Notes under the pieces: model-generated | The model's input: only the letters and a program-made list of their open reading frames with translations | Database searches by the model: none | Told to the model about the DNA's origin: nothing | Part shown: piece by piece, positions 47,573-58,231 of the stretch | Layout: each line of letters starts with the position of its first letter | How positions within the stretch are numbered: the stretch's first letter is position 1 | Source of the DNA: a virus | DNA length: 64,000 nt | Reading direction: 5' to 3' (one strand) | Virus record (IMG/VR): IMGVR_UViG_3300042691_023183 | Span: 1-64,000 of that record | Position numbers and translations under genes: made by a program

Positions 47573-48528
47573 AGAAAAATATTTTAGTTACAGGTGGGTG
47601 TGGTTTTATTGGATCACACTTTGTAGAAAAGTTATTGAATGATCCCGATATTGGTTGCATTATTAACGTTGACAAACTAACATATGCAGCCAATAGGGAT
47701 TTGAAGTTCAATGTAGACCAACGATATAAACATTATGTTGCAGATATTAATGATGGAGTTATTTTGTGGCAGACACTAAATAAGTTTGAGATTACTCATG
47801 TAATTAATTTTGCTGCGGAAACTCATGTTGATAATTCAATTTATGCTCCTGATCCATTTGTAACAACAAATGTTCTTGGAACATACAATTTGATTAAAGC
47901 CATATATGACTATGGTAAACTTGAAAAGTTTATTCATATTTCAACTGACGAAGTTTATGGGTCTTTGGGTGCCAAGGAGTCATCCTTCACGGTTGAAAGT
48001 CCATATCGTCCAAATAGTCCTTATTCTGCCACAAAGGCTGCAAGTGATTTGTTGGTACGTAGTTACAACAAAACATATAAACTACCAACTATTATTACCA
48101 ATTGTAGCAACAATTTTGGACCTCGACAAAACGCTGAGAAATTGATTCCGACCTGTATTCGTAAGTTAAAAAACCGAGAACAAATTCCGGTATATGGTAC
48201 TGGTCAGAATGTACGTGATTGGATCTATGTAAAAGATCACGTTAACTGTATTTGGGATGTACTTGAAAATGGTGATGTAGGAAGTCAATATTTGATTGGC
48301 GGTAACAACGAATTGACCAATCTTGAATTGATTGAATACATTAAATCAACGTTTGAAGAAGTAACAAATACCAAGGTAGATTACGACTACATAAGTTATG
48401 TCACTGATCGTAAGGGACACGATTTACGATACGCTATTGAAACTTTTGAGTATGAACAAAAGTTTGGAAAAATGAAATTGACTGATTTCAAAACAGCGTT
48501 AAAGACAACTATTGAAAGTTATATCTGA
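47569..48528 (+). CDS. rmlB: dTDP-glucose 4,6-dehydratase
   Basis: VTGGCGFIGS, DKLTYA, FAAETHVDNSI, HISTDEVYG, PYSATKA, DRKGHDLRY. Confidence 0.95.
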   Translation: MKKNILVTGGCGFIGSHFVEKLLNDPDIGCIINVDKLTYAANRDLKFNVDQRYKHYVADINDGVILWQTLNKFEITHVINFAAETHVDNSIYAPDPFVTTNVLGTYNLIKAIYDYGKLEKFIHISTDEVYGSLGAKESSFTVESPYRPNSPYSATKAASDLLVRSYNKTYKLPTIITNCSNNFGPRQNAEKLIPTCIRKLKNREQIPVYGTGQNVRDWIYVKDHVNCIWDVLENGDVGSQYLIGGNNELTNLELIEYIKSTFEEVTNTKVDYDYISYVTDRKGHDLRYAIETFEYEQKFGKMKLTDFKTALKTTIESYI

Positions 48529-48822
48529 TTAAACATTAAACTCTTGGATGATGGCATTATTTTGAATAAATTTAATATGACCATCACCCAAGGAGTTTTT
48601 GAATAAGTTTATATTATTACTTACTTCAGTTAAAACCAACGATCTGTATTGCATTTCACAATCATTTTTTACACGTTGTTTTTCAGTTCCTCTACAACTG
48701 CAAGTATTTTTAAAACGTTCTACCAATAACACATACTCTTTCAGCTTAGAGACTGAATTGGGTATGTTATTGTGCGTCTTTAGTATGTTATAAAATTCTG
48801 TGAAGTTTTGGACGAGGATCAT
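48529..48822 (-). CDS. Hypothetical protein with CxC motif
   Basis: 97-aa ORF ending the minus-strand operon; TCSCRG. Confidence 0.55.
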   Translation of the reverse strand: MILVQNFTEFYNILKTHNNIPNSVSKLKEYVLLVERFKNTCSCRGTEKQRVKNDCEMQYRSLVLTEVSNNINLFKNSLGDGHIKFIQNNAIIQEFNV

Positions 48823-48823
48823 A

Positions 48824-49168
48824 TTATCTAAAAAACTTATTTACGATCAGTAAATATATAACAAGTGTAAACACATAAATTACCGGAAATATGTAAAATG
48901 TGGAGAAAATCCATGAAGATAGTAGAGTAAACCAGAATCCAATACACCATGGACAATTAACAAGTTTGGTAAAAAAGTTTGGATATGTTTGTTTTAGCCA
49001 CGACAAATATTCCAAACTGAAATCACTTTCTTGTGCTTTTTCAAATTCACCAATTTTAAACAGACGTTTCAAATTAAATAGGTTGCAGTATTCAACAAAC
49101 GCTTCTGTATGAAACCACACAACCAAAAACGTAACTCCGATAAATATTGTATTTAGTATGTCGATCAT
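48824..49168 (-). CDS. Membrane protein, DUF1360-like
   Basis: Three hydrophobic segments; KLVNCPWCIGFW motif. Confidence 0.6.
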   Translation of the reverse strand: MIDILNTIFIGVTFLVVWFHTEAFVEYCNLFNLKRLFKIGEFEKAQESDFSLEYLSWLKQTYPNFFTKLVNCPWCIGFWFTLLSSWIFSTFYIFPVIYVFTLVIYLLIVNKFFR

Positions 49169-50070
49169 AATGATTTAAATGCGTAGTTATTCTTGTTAAC
49201 AAACTCTCTCAAGCAGTTTCCTAGTTCTGATTCGGCTTTGCTTTTAAAGTTATTTCTATCTTCAAAATAAGTGATGTATTCCTTGTATGGATTGTGTCTC
49301 AATAAATAGTTTTCTGCCACAATGATGTTTTCCATTAAATATTGTTGAAAATCTACTTTATTGAGTTTCATTATTTGTGCTGCAAACATGACATAGGTAT
49401 CATCCACACCGTAGGGACCAAGAACGTCTGGTATATCGGTAAACGTAAGTAGATTGGAACTAATTAGATTGAACCACCCACCTCCAAACTTGGTTGGATC
49501 ACACTTGATAAGATTTACATCTTCACTATATGACTTGCGGTTTACTTCAAAATACGGATTGATGTTTCGTTCACTTCCATATTTGTTGTTGATAAACTGA
49601 TGATTCACCAAGTGATCCCACGTTTGATCCCAAATCTTGGTGATTTGAGGTGTAATAATGTAGTATTGATTCTTAACCTGTTTTGCACAATGTATAGAAT
49701 ACGCTAGAATACCAGATGGAAATACCAAATCCGAATCCAAATATAGAAACGCATCTACATCTTTGCCATACTTACGAACGCTATTACGACGTTTGTCGTT
49801 GATACCTCTACAACTACCGTGGTCATCAACATCAAAGATATAGTTTCTCGCCCAACTAGTGTGAGTCACATATTTACTCATTGACTCAAACTTATCAATA
49901 AAAAAATCCTTGGGTATCTTGGTCTTATTCCAGTCAACCGTATTCAGATTGAGCGTAACATCCAAGGTTATTTCTGACGAATCAATCATCTCTTGACTCA
50001 GCACGGTCAACTGACGTTCAAATTCGTCTAACTCATGAGGTAGAAGATGTGTAACAATTTGTATTTTCAT
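49165..50070 (-). CDS. GT-A fold glycosyltransferase
   Basis: FLYLDSDLVF DxD motif, GGGWF, YGVDDTY. Confidence 0.65.
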   Translation of the reverse strand: MKIQIVTHLLPHELDEFERQLTVLSQEMIDSSEITLDVTLNLNTVDWNKTKIPKDFFIDKFESMSKYVTHTSWARNYIFDVDDHGSCRGINDKRRNSVRKYGKDVDAFLYLDSDLVFPSGILAYSIHCAKQVKNQYYIITPQITKIWDQTWDHLVNHQFINNKYGSERNINPYFEVNRKSYSEDVNLIKCDPTKFGGGWFNLISSNLLTFTDIPDVLGPYGVDDTYVMFAAQIMKLNKVDFQQYLMENIIVAENYLLRHNPYKEYITYFEDRNNFKSKAESELGNCLREFVNKNNYAFKSL

Positions 50071-51152
50071 AGTTTTTTACAGGTATGTAGTGCAGATCCA
50101 ATTACTTGATGCATGTCATAGTATCGGTATTCTGCCAATCTACCTCCAAATATAACATTGATTTCATTTTCGGTCAACGCTTTATACTTTTCATATACAG
50201 GCGTATTAACTTTATCATTGACGGGATAATACGGTTCAAGACCCTCTCCGTACTCTCTTGGATATTCACGGGTAATATAGGTGAAGTCTGTATTGACAGG
50301 ATCAAAATGTTTATGTTCAACTATACGGGTTTCTGGATGATGTAATTCGGTATAATTAACAACCGCATTACCTTGATAATCTGGAACCTCAACTCGCTCG
50401 GTTTCAAATTTAAGACTTCTGTAATTTAATTGACCGAATCTGTAGTTATAATAAGCGTCAATTGGACCGGTATAAATTACTTTTTTTGCTATACTATTAA
50501 ACGACTCTTTGTTTTGCAAATAATCTTCATTTAATCGTACTTCAATTCCATTCAATAACTTTTCAAATATCTGAGTGTATCCTCCAATAGGAATACCTTG
50601 ATACGTGTCGTTAAAGTAATTATCATCGTGGTTAAAACGTATCGGCAATCGTTTGATAATGGATGCTGGTAAATCAATTGGATGTCTTCCCCACTGTTTG
50701 GTTGTATACCCTTTTATAAACATCATATAAATGTCTACTCCAACTTGGGATACGATCCACTCTTCCAAGTTTTTAGGGTTGTCGTTTTTGACCCGAACTT
50801 CTTCTAGTTTCTTTTTTGCTTCTTCTGGTGTAGTTACGCCATAAATTTGATGTAATGTAAACAGATTAATCGGAAAAGAGTATAGTGAGTTCTTATAAAA
50901 TACCTTTGGACGGTTGATAAAGTTATTAAACTTAGCAAACTGGTTTACGTAATCCCAAATTTCTTTGTTGGATGTATGAAAGATGTGAGGTCCGTAAACA
51001 TGAACATTGATACCGTCTTTGTTTTCGGTATAACAGTTGCCTCCAATATGGTTGCGTTTATCAATAACCAAACATTTGTTGCCTTTTTTGGTTAGTTCAT
51101 GCGCACATACTGATCCAAACAAACCGCTTCCTACAATCAGATAATCGTACAT
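50067..51152 (-). CDS. glf: UDP-galactopyranose mutase
   Basis: IVGSGLFG, HIGGNCY, YGPHIFHT, KQWG, YQGIP, TRIVEHKHF, PYYP, GRLAEYRYYDMHQ. Confidence 0.95.
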   Translation of the reverse strand: MYDYLIVGSGLFGSVCAHELTKKGNKCLVIDKRNHIGGNCYTENKDGINVHVYGPHIFHTSNKEIWDYVNQFAKFNNFINRPKVFYKNSLYSFPINLFTLHQIYGVTTPEEAKKKLEEVRVKNDNPKNLEEWIVSQVGVDIYMMFIKGYTTKQWGRHPIDLPASIIKRLPIRFNHDDNYFNDTYQGIPIGGYTQIFEKLLNGIEVRLNEDYLQNKESFNSIAKKVIYTGPIDAYYNYRFGQLNYRSLKFETERVEVPDYQGNAVVNYTELHHPETRIVEHKHFDPVNTDFTYITREYPREYGEGLEPYYPVNDKVNTPVYEKYKALTENEINVIFGGRLAEYRYYDMHQVIGSALHTCKKL

Positions 51153-51155
51153 AAC

Positions 51156-52103
51156 TTATTTTGAAACAATTTGATTCACCACATTAAGATAATGTTTTAC
51201 GACATTTTCCCATGCAAAATTCGTAATTCCATACTGACGAATTTCTTCACGGTGTAACAAAGATTGCTGTCTATTTGTTTCAATAACACCACGAATATAA
51301 TTCAAATCATAGATCTTATTTTCAGAGACTACGCTGATATATGGTTTTGTCAAATCCAAATTAGCGACAGAACATTCTGAAATAACCACTCCAAGTCCTG
51401 CCATCAACGCTTCTTTGGTAACAAGAGGATCTGCTTCTCCATCGCTTAACAAGACCAAATTGGCATAATTGGTTAGATTTTCATATAGTGTTGGTTTATC
51501 CCACTCACCAATATAGTTTGTACGTGAAAAATCAAAACGATTGTCGTCTTTATTTCCAACAAAATCAATGCCGTTGATGTTTTGATACAACCATTGACGT
51601 TTTCTATCGGTGATCTTAGCTAGATACACGCTCTTTCCGGGTTTAGAAGGTGTCGATGTATATTTAAACAGGTCTTGTCTAGCGCCATTACATACAACGT
51701 ATAGTCTATTATCGTTTACACCATAGTGTTTATATACGTTCTTGATGCCTTCTGATAAACAAACGATGTTGAAATCTCCACGAACAAACGCTTCAAAGAT
51801 TCTAACGTAACCACCATAACGATGTGGTTGTTCTAAATAACCATAGTGAGTAGTTGCAGCCTTGTGTTTACAATTAATATACGGTAACACGTCGTACAAA
51901 TCGTCATATTGAAGATGTACGAAGTCAGGGTTGTATTGGTTAACTTGATTGACAATCTCTCGACGGTCCTGAGTATTAACAATTTGTACTTCGTGACCCA
52001 ATTTAGTCAATTCGATATTATAATCCCATATGAGAGATTCTACAGCACCCCATCCTTTTGGAGGAATGGGCATAATTCCCGGTCCAATAATTGAAATTTT
52101 CAT
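51156..52103 (-). CDS. GT4-like glycosyltransferase
   Basis: IPPKGWGAVE, LLSDGEADPLVTKEAL. Confidence 0.8.
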   Translation of the reverse strand: MKISIIGPGIMPIPPKGWGAVESLIWDYNIELTKLGHEVQIVNTQDRREIVNQVNQYNPDFVHLQYDDLYDVLPYINCKHKAATTHYGYLEQPHRYGGYVRIFEAFVRGDFNIVCLSEGIKNVYKHYGVNDNRLYVVCNGARQDLFKYTSTPSKPGKSVYLAKITDRKRQWLYQNINGIDFVGNKDDNRFDFSRTNYIGEWDKPTLYENLTNYANLVLLSDGEADPLVTKEALMAGLGVVISECSVANLDLTKPYISVVSENKIYDLNYIRGVIETNRQQSLLHREEIRQYGITNFAWENVVKHYLNVVNQIVSK

Positions 52104-52723
52104 GATATATAAACGTCGTTATCTTTAATTCTAGCGTCAAACATATAACCTTTTAGGGCCATATATTCACGATAAGAGTCTTCATTAAAAATGTTTTCCA
52201 ACATGATAACTTTGGGTTTGAGTAAACTAAGTCCGTTCATGACTTCTAACTCCCAACCTTCAGTATCAACTGAAAGAATATCGATTTGTTCGATATTCGC
52301 TTCTTTAATTATTGTATCCAAACGACGTTGTTTAACTTTAATTTGGGTTTTGTTTAATTTATTTACCCAACCTTTTGATATTGACTGATATGATTCTTTG
52401 ATCTTTAAAGAAGAAAAGGCATGATCGGTAACACTGCCACCTGTGATATGAACTATTGTAAAATCTACATCATCTTCGTCAGTCTCAGACGCGGCATATT
52501 CATATATTTCATTTCCAATATCACGGTGTTGTTTAGCAAATGTCGGATTTGGTTCTACAATAACAGTTCTCCATCCGTTTAATGTAAAGTGACGAGATAC
52601 AGATATAAACTCTGGAGTTGCACCGCCGACTTCAACCAATGTACCTTTGTAACCATAATCTGGAAAGTATTTTGATCTAAGAAATTGGTCTTCTTTATGT
52701 TCTGCAAAAAATGATTCGTTCAT
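52100..52723 (-). CDS. FkbM-family methyltransferase
   Basis: VEVGG, VEPNP, RRLDTI, IDILSVDTEGWELEV. Confidence 0.85.
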   Translation of the reverse strand: MNESFFAEHKEDQFLRSKYFPDYGYKGTLVEVGGATPEFISVSRHFTLNGWRTVIVEPNPTFAKQHRDIGNEIYEYAASETDEDDVDFTIVHITGGSVTDHAFSSLKIKESYQSISKGWVNKLNKTQIKVKQRRLDTIIKEANIEQIDILSVDTEGWELEVMNGLSLLKPKVIMLENIFNEDSYREYMALKGYMFDARIKDNDVYIS

Positions 52724-53469
52724 ACAAGTATTTTTAGTACGGGTAAATGTTGTCCGTTCAACTGTATATATACATTAAACAATGACGGATTACGCTTACA
52801 AATATAAGCTAATGCAATTTGTTCGTTATTAATCATGTTTTGATCTAACATTTCTTCTTGTAAAAATTTCAATGTAAGATCTGATACTTGAGTTACGTAT
52901 TCATGATGGCCACCAAAGAAAGTTCCTACCAATACACAATCCGACATCCATTTATAGTTATCGTCAATGGGAATTCTGTTGGTATTATAATTACCTTGAA
53001 TCAAAAATTTTGGTGGAAGTTTGTCGGGATTTGGAAACGATTTTGGAAGATTCTCAAAAAAACGACTACACCCAGCGTCCATCCAAAAGAAATACTCTGA
53101 ATTGAATGGATTTTCTTTTATAGTACGTTTCAACCATTCAAATTTAGAGTATTGAATAATGTTATACATTGGCAATACACACTCAACTCTATTTGGATGT
53201 TTGATTTTTTGTAGATACTCAGGATTGTTCAATATACTCTGTATTGTCCCACATTTGTTATATAAAGGTATTTGATCGGGTGAAGTCACAATAACCTTAA
53301 TATTAGGTTTTTGTGGAATGTATGGAACCACACCCGATTCGGTGTATATAACATAGTTGCATGAAAGAGATAATGTTTCTGGAAGCCATTTAAGATAGTC
53401 TCTAAAAGGTCTACCGTCACCACGTTGTTCACGATTGATGTTATAAAGTGCCGTTACGATTGTTGTCAT
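52720..53469 (-). CDS. HtrL/YibB (WlaTC)-like glycosyltransferase
   Basis: TIVTALYNI, YNIIQYSKF, NPFNSEYFFWMDAG, FFGG, NEQI. Confidence 0.75.
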   Translation of the reverse strand: MTTIVTALYNINREQRGDGRPFRDYLKWLPETLSLSCNYVIYTESGVVPYIPQKPNIKVIVTSPDQIPLYNKCGTIQSILNNPEYLQKIKHPNRVECVLPMYNIIQYSKFEWLKRTIKENPFNSEYFFWMDAGCSRFFENLPKSFPNPDKLPPKFLIQGNYNTNRIPIDDNYKWMSDCVLVGTFFGGHHEYVTQVSDLTLKFLQEEMLDQNMINNEQIALAYICKRNPSLFNVYIQLNGQHLPVLKILV

Positions 53470-54187
53470 AAAGATATTTAAATTGATGAACCAAAGGATG
53501 AGAGGTCTGTCTCCAATAATGGTTTCTGTGACATTCGATTATTTCCGGATTGTATATTTCATGTTCTCCTTGCAGTGCAAATAAAATAGGAAGTATTACA
53601 TCGTGTGCAAAAACAGCGTAAAATGTTTTTGTTATACGTGGTAAAAAAGTAGGATCTTGTTCGGTCACATACTTATATGATTTTAAAAAGGTTTCACAAT
53701 GGATTATTGCCGGGGTTGCTCCCCAACAGTTAATATCAATCGCACCGGGAGTTTGTGCAAGTATAGTTCTTAGTGCCGAAGGCAATCCCCAGTTAATTCT
53801 GGATCCCAATAATTTGGCACCTTCTGGCAAAGACAATGGACCACGAACAAGAGTATCAGGATCCATCAACAATAAATAATCAGATTGACAGAATTCTATT
53901 GCTTGTTTGACGCGGTTTAAAAATGAACGTGTTGCGAATAATATTTTTTCTTGAAAGTATGGTTCTACAAAGTTTTGATCGTTTACTTGTTTGATTATAT
54001 ACATTGTATCTTCTACATGGTTTATTTTAATATTGTTTAAAGATAACAACGAATCAAAATTGGTATTTGAACTTTCTGTGGTTAGATAAATTTTGGAATA
54101 TGGATATATTTTTCTGAACATTGGTAATGAAAATTCCAATGCTCGTACTTCGTTGTAACACGTAACTAATACACCCAACGTACTCAT
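53441..54187 (-). CDS. GT2-like glycosyltransferase
   Basis: VLVTCYNE, DYLLLMDPD. Confidence 0.65.
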   Translation of the reverse strand: MSTLGVLVTCYNEVRALEFSLPMFRKIYPYSKIYLTTESSNTNFDSLLSLNNIKINHVEDTMYIIKQVNDQNFVEPYFQEKILFATRSFLNRVKQAIEFCQSDYLLLMDPDTLVRGPLSLPEGAKLLGSRINWGLPSALRTILAQTPGAIDINCWGATPAIIHCETFLKSYKYVTEQDPTFLPRITKTFYAVFAHDVILPILFALQGEHEIYNPEIIECHRNHYWRQTSHPLVHQFKYLYDNNRNGTL

Positions 54188-55122
54188 TTTATAACATTAT
54201 TAATATTGTCTTCAAAAACTTTAATGAAGTTTTCATGAGACCACTCATTATAGTATTTTTCCAACGGACCAAAACCGTTATTTATGATTTCTTTTAACGA
54301 ATTATCTTCTGCACAAATAGATGGTTGAGTATTCCAAATGTGTGAAAACATATTACTACGACAAATTGCAATCGGACGTTTGACTGATAAAGCGTAATCT
54401 ATAGATGATGATATTCCGTTATAACTGGTGTATTTTTGGTAGAAGAAGATATTAAGGTCATTGCCAGCAAGAAATGTTAATAATTCATCGTCACTTATAA
54501 AGTTTGTAGTAATCTTCAACGTTATGTTAGGATTGTTGATAATACGATTTGCCACAAATTTGATTGTTTCAATATCTCTTGTATTTTCACAAAAATGAGA
54601 ATGTGTTAGATGTAATCGTAGTTCGATAGGAAACGTTGTCCTATAAAAGTTATCTCTAACACATGCGCATAACGTTTCATATTGTTTGGATGCAAAGCCA
54701 AATCCAAAAGATCCAATTTTAAGTACGTTTGGATTCAAATTAAGGTTGTTGGTGTATTCAAACAAGGGTCTCAACAGACGATAGTTATTTTCATTTGGTT
54801 GATAATTGGGGTCTTGGTGTAAGTAAAAATCAAAGAATGTCGAATATGCAACATTATGAACTATCGTTCCTTGTTTGATGCCTAATTGACGTAGTTCATC
54901 TACATACATTTTATCAACCCAAGGCATCGTACCCGTAAGATGATTGTATACAATAACTTGAGGTTTATGAGTGTCAACTTCTTTTTGAAATTCTTCACGA
55001 TTGTCCATTTCCAAATAATGAACAACTAAGTTATTTGATTTGGAAATAATAGACGATACGCGTTTACCATATTGGTATACGCCGCAGTTTTGTATTTTAT
55101 GGTTAACCAAGAATATTTTCAT
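54184..55122 (-). CDS. GT-B-like glycosyltransferase
   Basis: CGVYQYG, IGSFGFG..K, DLNIFFY..GISSSIDYALS..RPIA. Confidence 0.6.
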   Translation of the reverse strand: MKIFLVNHKIQNCGVYQYGKRVSSIISKSNNLVVHYLEMDNREEFQKEVDTHKPQVIVYNHLTGTMPWVDKMYVDELRQLGIKQGTIVHNVAYSTFFDFYLHQDPNYQPNENNYRLLRPLFEYTNNLNLNPNVLKIGSFGFGFASKQYETLCACVRDNFYRTTFPIELRLHLTHSHFCENTRDIETIKFVANRIINNPNITLKITTNFISDDELLTFLAGNDLNIFFYQKYTSYNGISSSIDYALSVKRPIAICRSNMFSHIWNTQPSICAEDNSLKEIINNGFGPLEKYYNEWSHENFIKVFEDNINNVIK

Positions 55123-55724
55123 ATTTGAGAAATCAAATCTTCCGGAAATATTTGATCAAATTTATAGTTGTTTACATTTAAAGTAGGATGTATCCACCAA
55201 TCTTCAAATCCATTATTATTCAAATGATTTAACGTGCTTAACGACCTAAAATGACGATCTGGTACACGAACGTTTGATCCTAATAGGTGATATCCAAGAT
55301 TATTCAAAAAATCACGTTGTTGATTTCTATATTTGTCACCATAAATGTATCCGTCATGTTCAATGGTGATAACGCCGAATTTATATATGTCATGTGGCAA
55401 TAGTTTTAAAGCATCAATACTAAGTTCATCTATATCCACCGATAGATAATCTATCCATTTTGGAGAATTTTGGTGTTCAAATAAATCTTTATAATTGATG
55501 GTTAATGCATTTTGATTTATAAAAGTACACGATCTACTATGATAACTGTCCGCATAACCTTTTTCGATTTCTATGCATATACCTTTCCATCCAAGTGATT
55601 CAAAGAAGTATGTGTTGTTAGAATTAATTGCACCACAACTTCCGATGTCTACGAAATAACCATTACGTTTTCCGTTAAGAATTTTGTGTACAAACTGATC
55701 TTGAAAAGCGTCTGATTTAAACAT
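55119..55724 (-). CDS. FkbM-family methyltransferase
   Basis: QD.FV, GYFVDIGS, NNTYFFE..GWKGICIE, IDYLSVDID, ITIEHD, FEDWW. Confidence 0.8.
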   Translation of the reverse strand: MFKSDAFQDQFVHKILNGKRNGYFVDIGSCGAINSNNTYFFESLGWKGICIEIEKGYADSYHSRSCTFINQNALTINYKDLFEHQNSPKWIDYLSVDIDELSIDALKLLPHDIYKFGVITIEHDGYIYGDKYRNQQRDFLNNLGYHLLGSNVRVPDRHFRSLSTLNHLNNNGFEDWWIHPTLNVNNYKFDQIFPEDLISQI

Positions 55725-55727
55725 AAA

Positions 55728-56690
55728 TTATAAAATTGAAAATAAACTGTTGATTCTGTTTATATAGGTATGATTTTCTTTTACATACAACATTGATTTT
55801 TTTATGAAATCATAGTCTGTTCGATGTTGCATACCGATGTTAAATAATTCCACGGGATTTGAGTGATACAAACAATGTCCTTCCATTTCGTTGTATATCT
55901 CTTGAGAGTTTGTTAAACCCAAATGACCATAGCTAACATTTTTGAATATTCTGCACGTAACAATGCCGGTTCTAGCATGTTCTGATCCACGAATATCAAT
56001 TCCCAGTATTGATTTTTGTACCAATTCTTTCACTTTATCATCTGATATTGGATTTCTCCATGGATCATTATGATAAAAGGTAATATTATTACGTTTACAT
56101 TCCTGTATAAATGGAAGCCAATTGCTCATGTTTTCACATATACCAGAGTTGGAAAGACTTCCACAAAAATAAATGGAGTTTTCTCGTTGACGATAAACAT
56201 CATTTAAATCAAATTCTTCTGGTAATAGGTTAGTTGCCCAACTCAAGTAGAACTTATCAAAATCGTCAATGGTATAGTCTACATAATTGTTTTTGATATG
56301 TACTTTTTGATTGGTTTTAGGAACATAATAACAAGATGGTCCTATTTTTTGAGTGGTAGTTTTATCTACTGAATAATCGTGTATATGGTCCTTATGATTT
56401 TTAGCGGCACATCGAACATCAATATATCGTTTAACTCCAGCGTTCAAATACTTTTTGGGTGACGGACAATACATCACAAAATACGTACTGCTAGAATTCA
56501 ACGGAATGTTGTTGTCTGCAAATCCTTCTGTTATAAAAACACAATTGGAGTAATCAAAATCTTTGGGATAGTCTTTGTCATGAAACCAATAAACTTCATG
56601 TCCCATGTGAGATGCTGCCTTATAATAAGATGAATGAACATACGAATGTGTATGCGAATACAAAGGATGACCCCATATAACTATTTTCAT
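55728..56690 (-). CDS. Putative glycosyltransferase (CgeB-like C-terminus)
   Basis: HTHSYVH, CRIFKNVSYG..GLTN, HTYINR. Confidence 0.55.
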   Translation of the reverse strand: MKIVIWGHPLYSHTHSYVHSSYYKAASHMGHEVYWFHDKDYPKDFDYSNCVFITEGFADNNIPLNSSSTYFVMYCPSPKKYLNAGVKRYIDVRCAAKNHKDHIHDYSVDKTTTQKIGPSCYYVPKTNQKVHIKNNYVDYTIDDFDKFYLSWATNLLPEEFDLNDVYRQRENSIYFCGSLSNSGICENMSNWLPFIQECKRNNITFYHNDPWRNPISDDKVKELVQKSILGIDIRGSEHARTGIVTCRIFKNVSYGHLGLTNSQEIYNEMEGHCLYHSNPVELFNIGMQHRTDYDFIKKSMLYVKENHTYINRINSLFSIL

Positions 56691-57397
56691 GAAGGTGACG
56701 CTCCTTTGAATCGTGGATATTCTTCCATGTTTTTATCTTTATGAATCATCAATTTGTTAACTGGCAAATTCCAATGTTCTGGGTATGCCATACTCGGACT
56801 TAAAATAGCAGCTTCTTTTCGATGGTCTACGATAAACTTGTTAAGATGTGATTCATCATGCCAAACAGCAATAATATTGTTTTTAAGGTCAGTGTCGATG
56901 TTGTTTTTCATCACGTTAACCATATATTCTATGTGATTGCCTTTCGCTCCCCATACACATCCTTGAACATAAACACAACGGTGTCGTTCTGGAATATATG
57001 CGGTGGAATTTGGATTTGTTTCTATTGGCCAGAAGTTTAAGTTAGAGACAACTGACGGATGACAAACTGCATAATATTTTTTATTGTTAATATCAAATGT
57101 GAGAAGTGTATCTACAAATTCCATGTCGCTATCAATATAGAACACGTAATCGTAATCGGATAGTTCTTTGATACACGATGAAATGAATTCAAAACGTTTC
57201 AAAGTAATATATGGCCAAGGTTGGTGTTCTATCTTATACCATTTGACCGATTCATCAAACCACTCTAACTTTTCGTCCGTGAAAAAGTAAAAATCCTTTT
57301 GCGCACTTGGTATGAAATGTTTCTTAACCGAAGTCCACAAAGGATGTAAAAATGATTTATATTTGTTGGTCGCTAACGTAATAACGGCAATTTTCAT
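56687..57397 (-). CDS. GT6 family alpha-1,3-Gal/GalNAc transferase
   Basis: LATNKY, FFTD, WPYITLKRF, YIDSD, HP, WHDESHLNKF signature. Confidence 0.9.
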   Translation of the reverse strand: MKIAVITLATNKYKSFLHPLWTSVKKHFIPSAQKDFYFFTDEKLEWFDESVKWYKIEHQPWPYITLKRFEFISSCIKELSDYDYVFYIDSDMEFVDTLLTFDINNKKYYAVCHPSVVSNLNFWPIETNPNSTAYIPERHRCVYVQGCVWGAKGNHIEYMVNVMKNNIDTDLKNNIIAVWHDESHLNKFIVDHRKEAAILSPSMAYPEHWNLPVNKLMIHKDKNMEEYPRFKGASPS

Positions 57398-57400
57398 AAC

Positions 57401-58231
57401 TTAATAATTCTTCAAATACTCAACGTCTTTGTAATAGGTATTTAACTGATCTTGATTCATATCACCCAATTTTTTATATAAATCATTGTTCGACTTGAAA
57501 TAAGGATTTTTATCGCTAGAGTCTGATCCACGACTATGTTCTATGTGATATACAAATCCTTTATCAAGGTGTGTAACGGTGGTATTGAATTTTTTGAACC
57601 GTTCGTATCTTTCACGATCTTCTGGACCATACGATATAAAGTTTTCATTTTCCCACCCGTATTTTTTATATGATGATGTTTTGAAAAATTGACAATGACC
57701 ATATTCCGCAACACAATCTGAATAGTCTTGAGAGGTGAGTTCTACCACGGACGCTTGGTTTAACAACTTTTCTCTTCCAGACGTACCAATCTTCTTTTGA
57801 AATTTTCCCATAGCAAATGGATATACCAAGTCATGATTTTGACGAGTAATCTTTTTGTATGCCATTAGGTAAGATTCGATTGGGAGAATCACGTCAGCGT
57901 CATAATTTACTGTAACTGTGGTGTCTGATAATGCCAACATACGGTTTAAATATCGTGTTCTATGAAACGATTCATCTGGTATGTTTTGATGTATATAAGT
58001 CACATCGTCTTTGATTAAAGATGACACGATTGGTTCTTTAGAACACTCATAAACAATAATGTTAGTCTCAAAATTACGACGTAGATAGTCGTATATTATG
58101 CTAAAGTTTTTCTTTCTGTCGTCACTTTCAATGCAAACAGGTATGATAAACGTACACTCTTGTAATGGAATCAAACCATCTGTGATGGTTTTTGCTTTTT
58201 GTATTGTTTGAATTTCTTTAGGAATTTTCAT
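57401..58231 (-). CDS. GT2/GT7-like galactosyltransferase
   Basis: TFIIPV, NYDADV, GWENENFISYGPEDRE, YHIEH (GT7 C-terminal pattern). Confidence 0.75.
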   Translation of the reverse strand: MKIPKEIQTIQKAKTITDGLIPLQECTFIIPVCIESDDRKKNFSIIYDYLRRNFETNIIVYECSKEPIVSSLIKDDVTYIHQNIPDESFHRTRYLNRMLALSDTTVTVNYDADVILPIESYLMAYKKITRQNHDLVYPFAMGKFQKKIGTSGREKLLNQASVVELTSQDYSDCVAEYGHCQFFKTSSYKKYGWENENFISYGPEDRERYERFKKFNTTVTHLDKGFVYHIEHSRGSDSSDKNPYFKSNNDLYKKLGDMNQDQLNTYYKDVEYLKNY

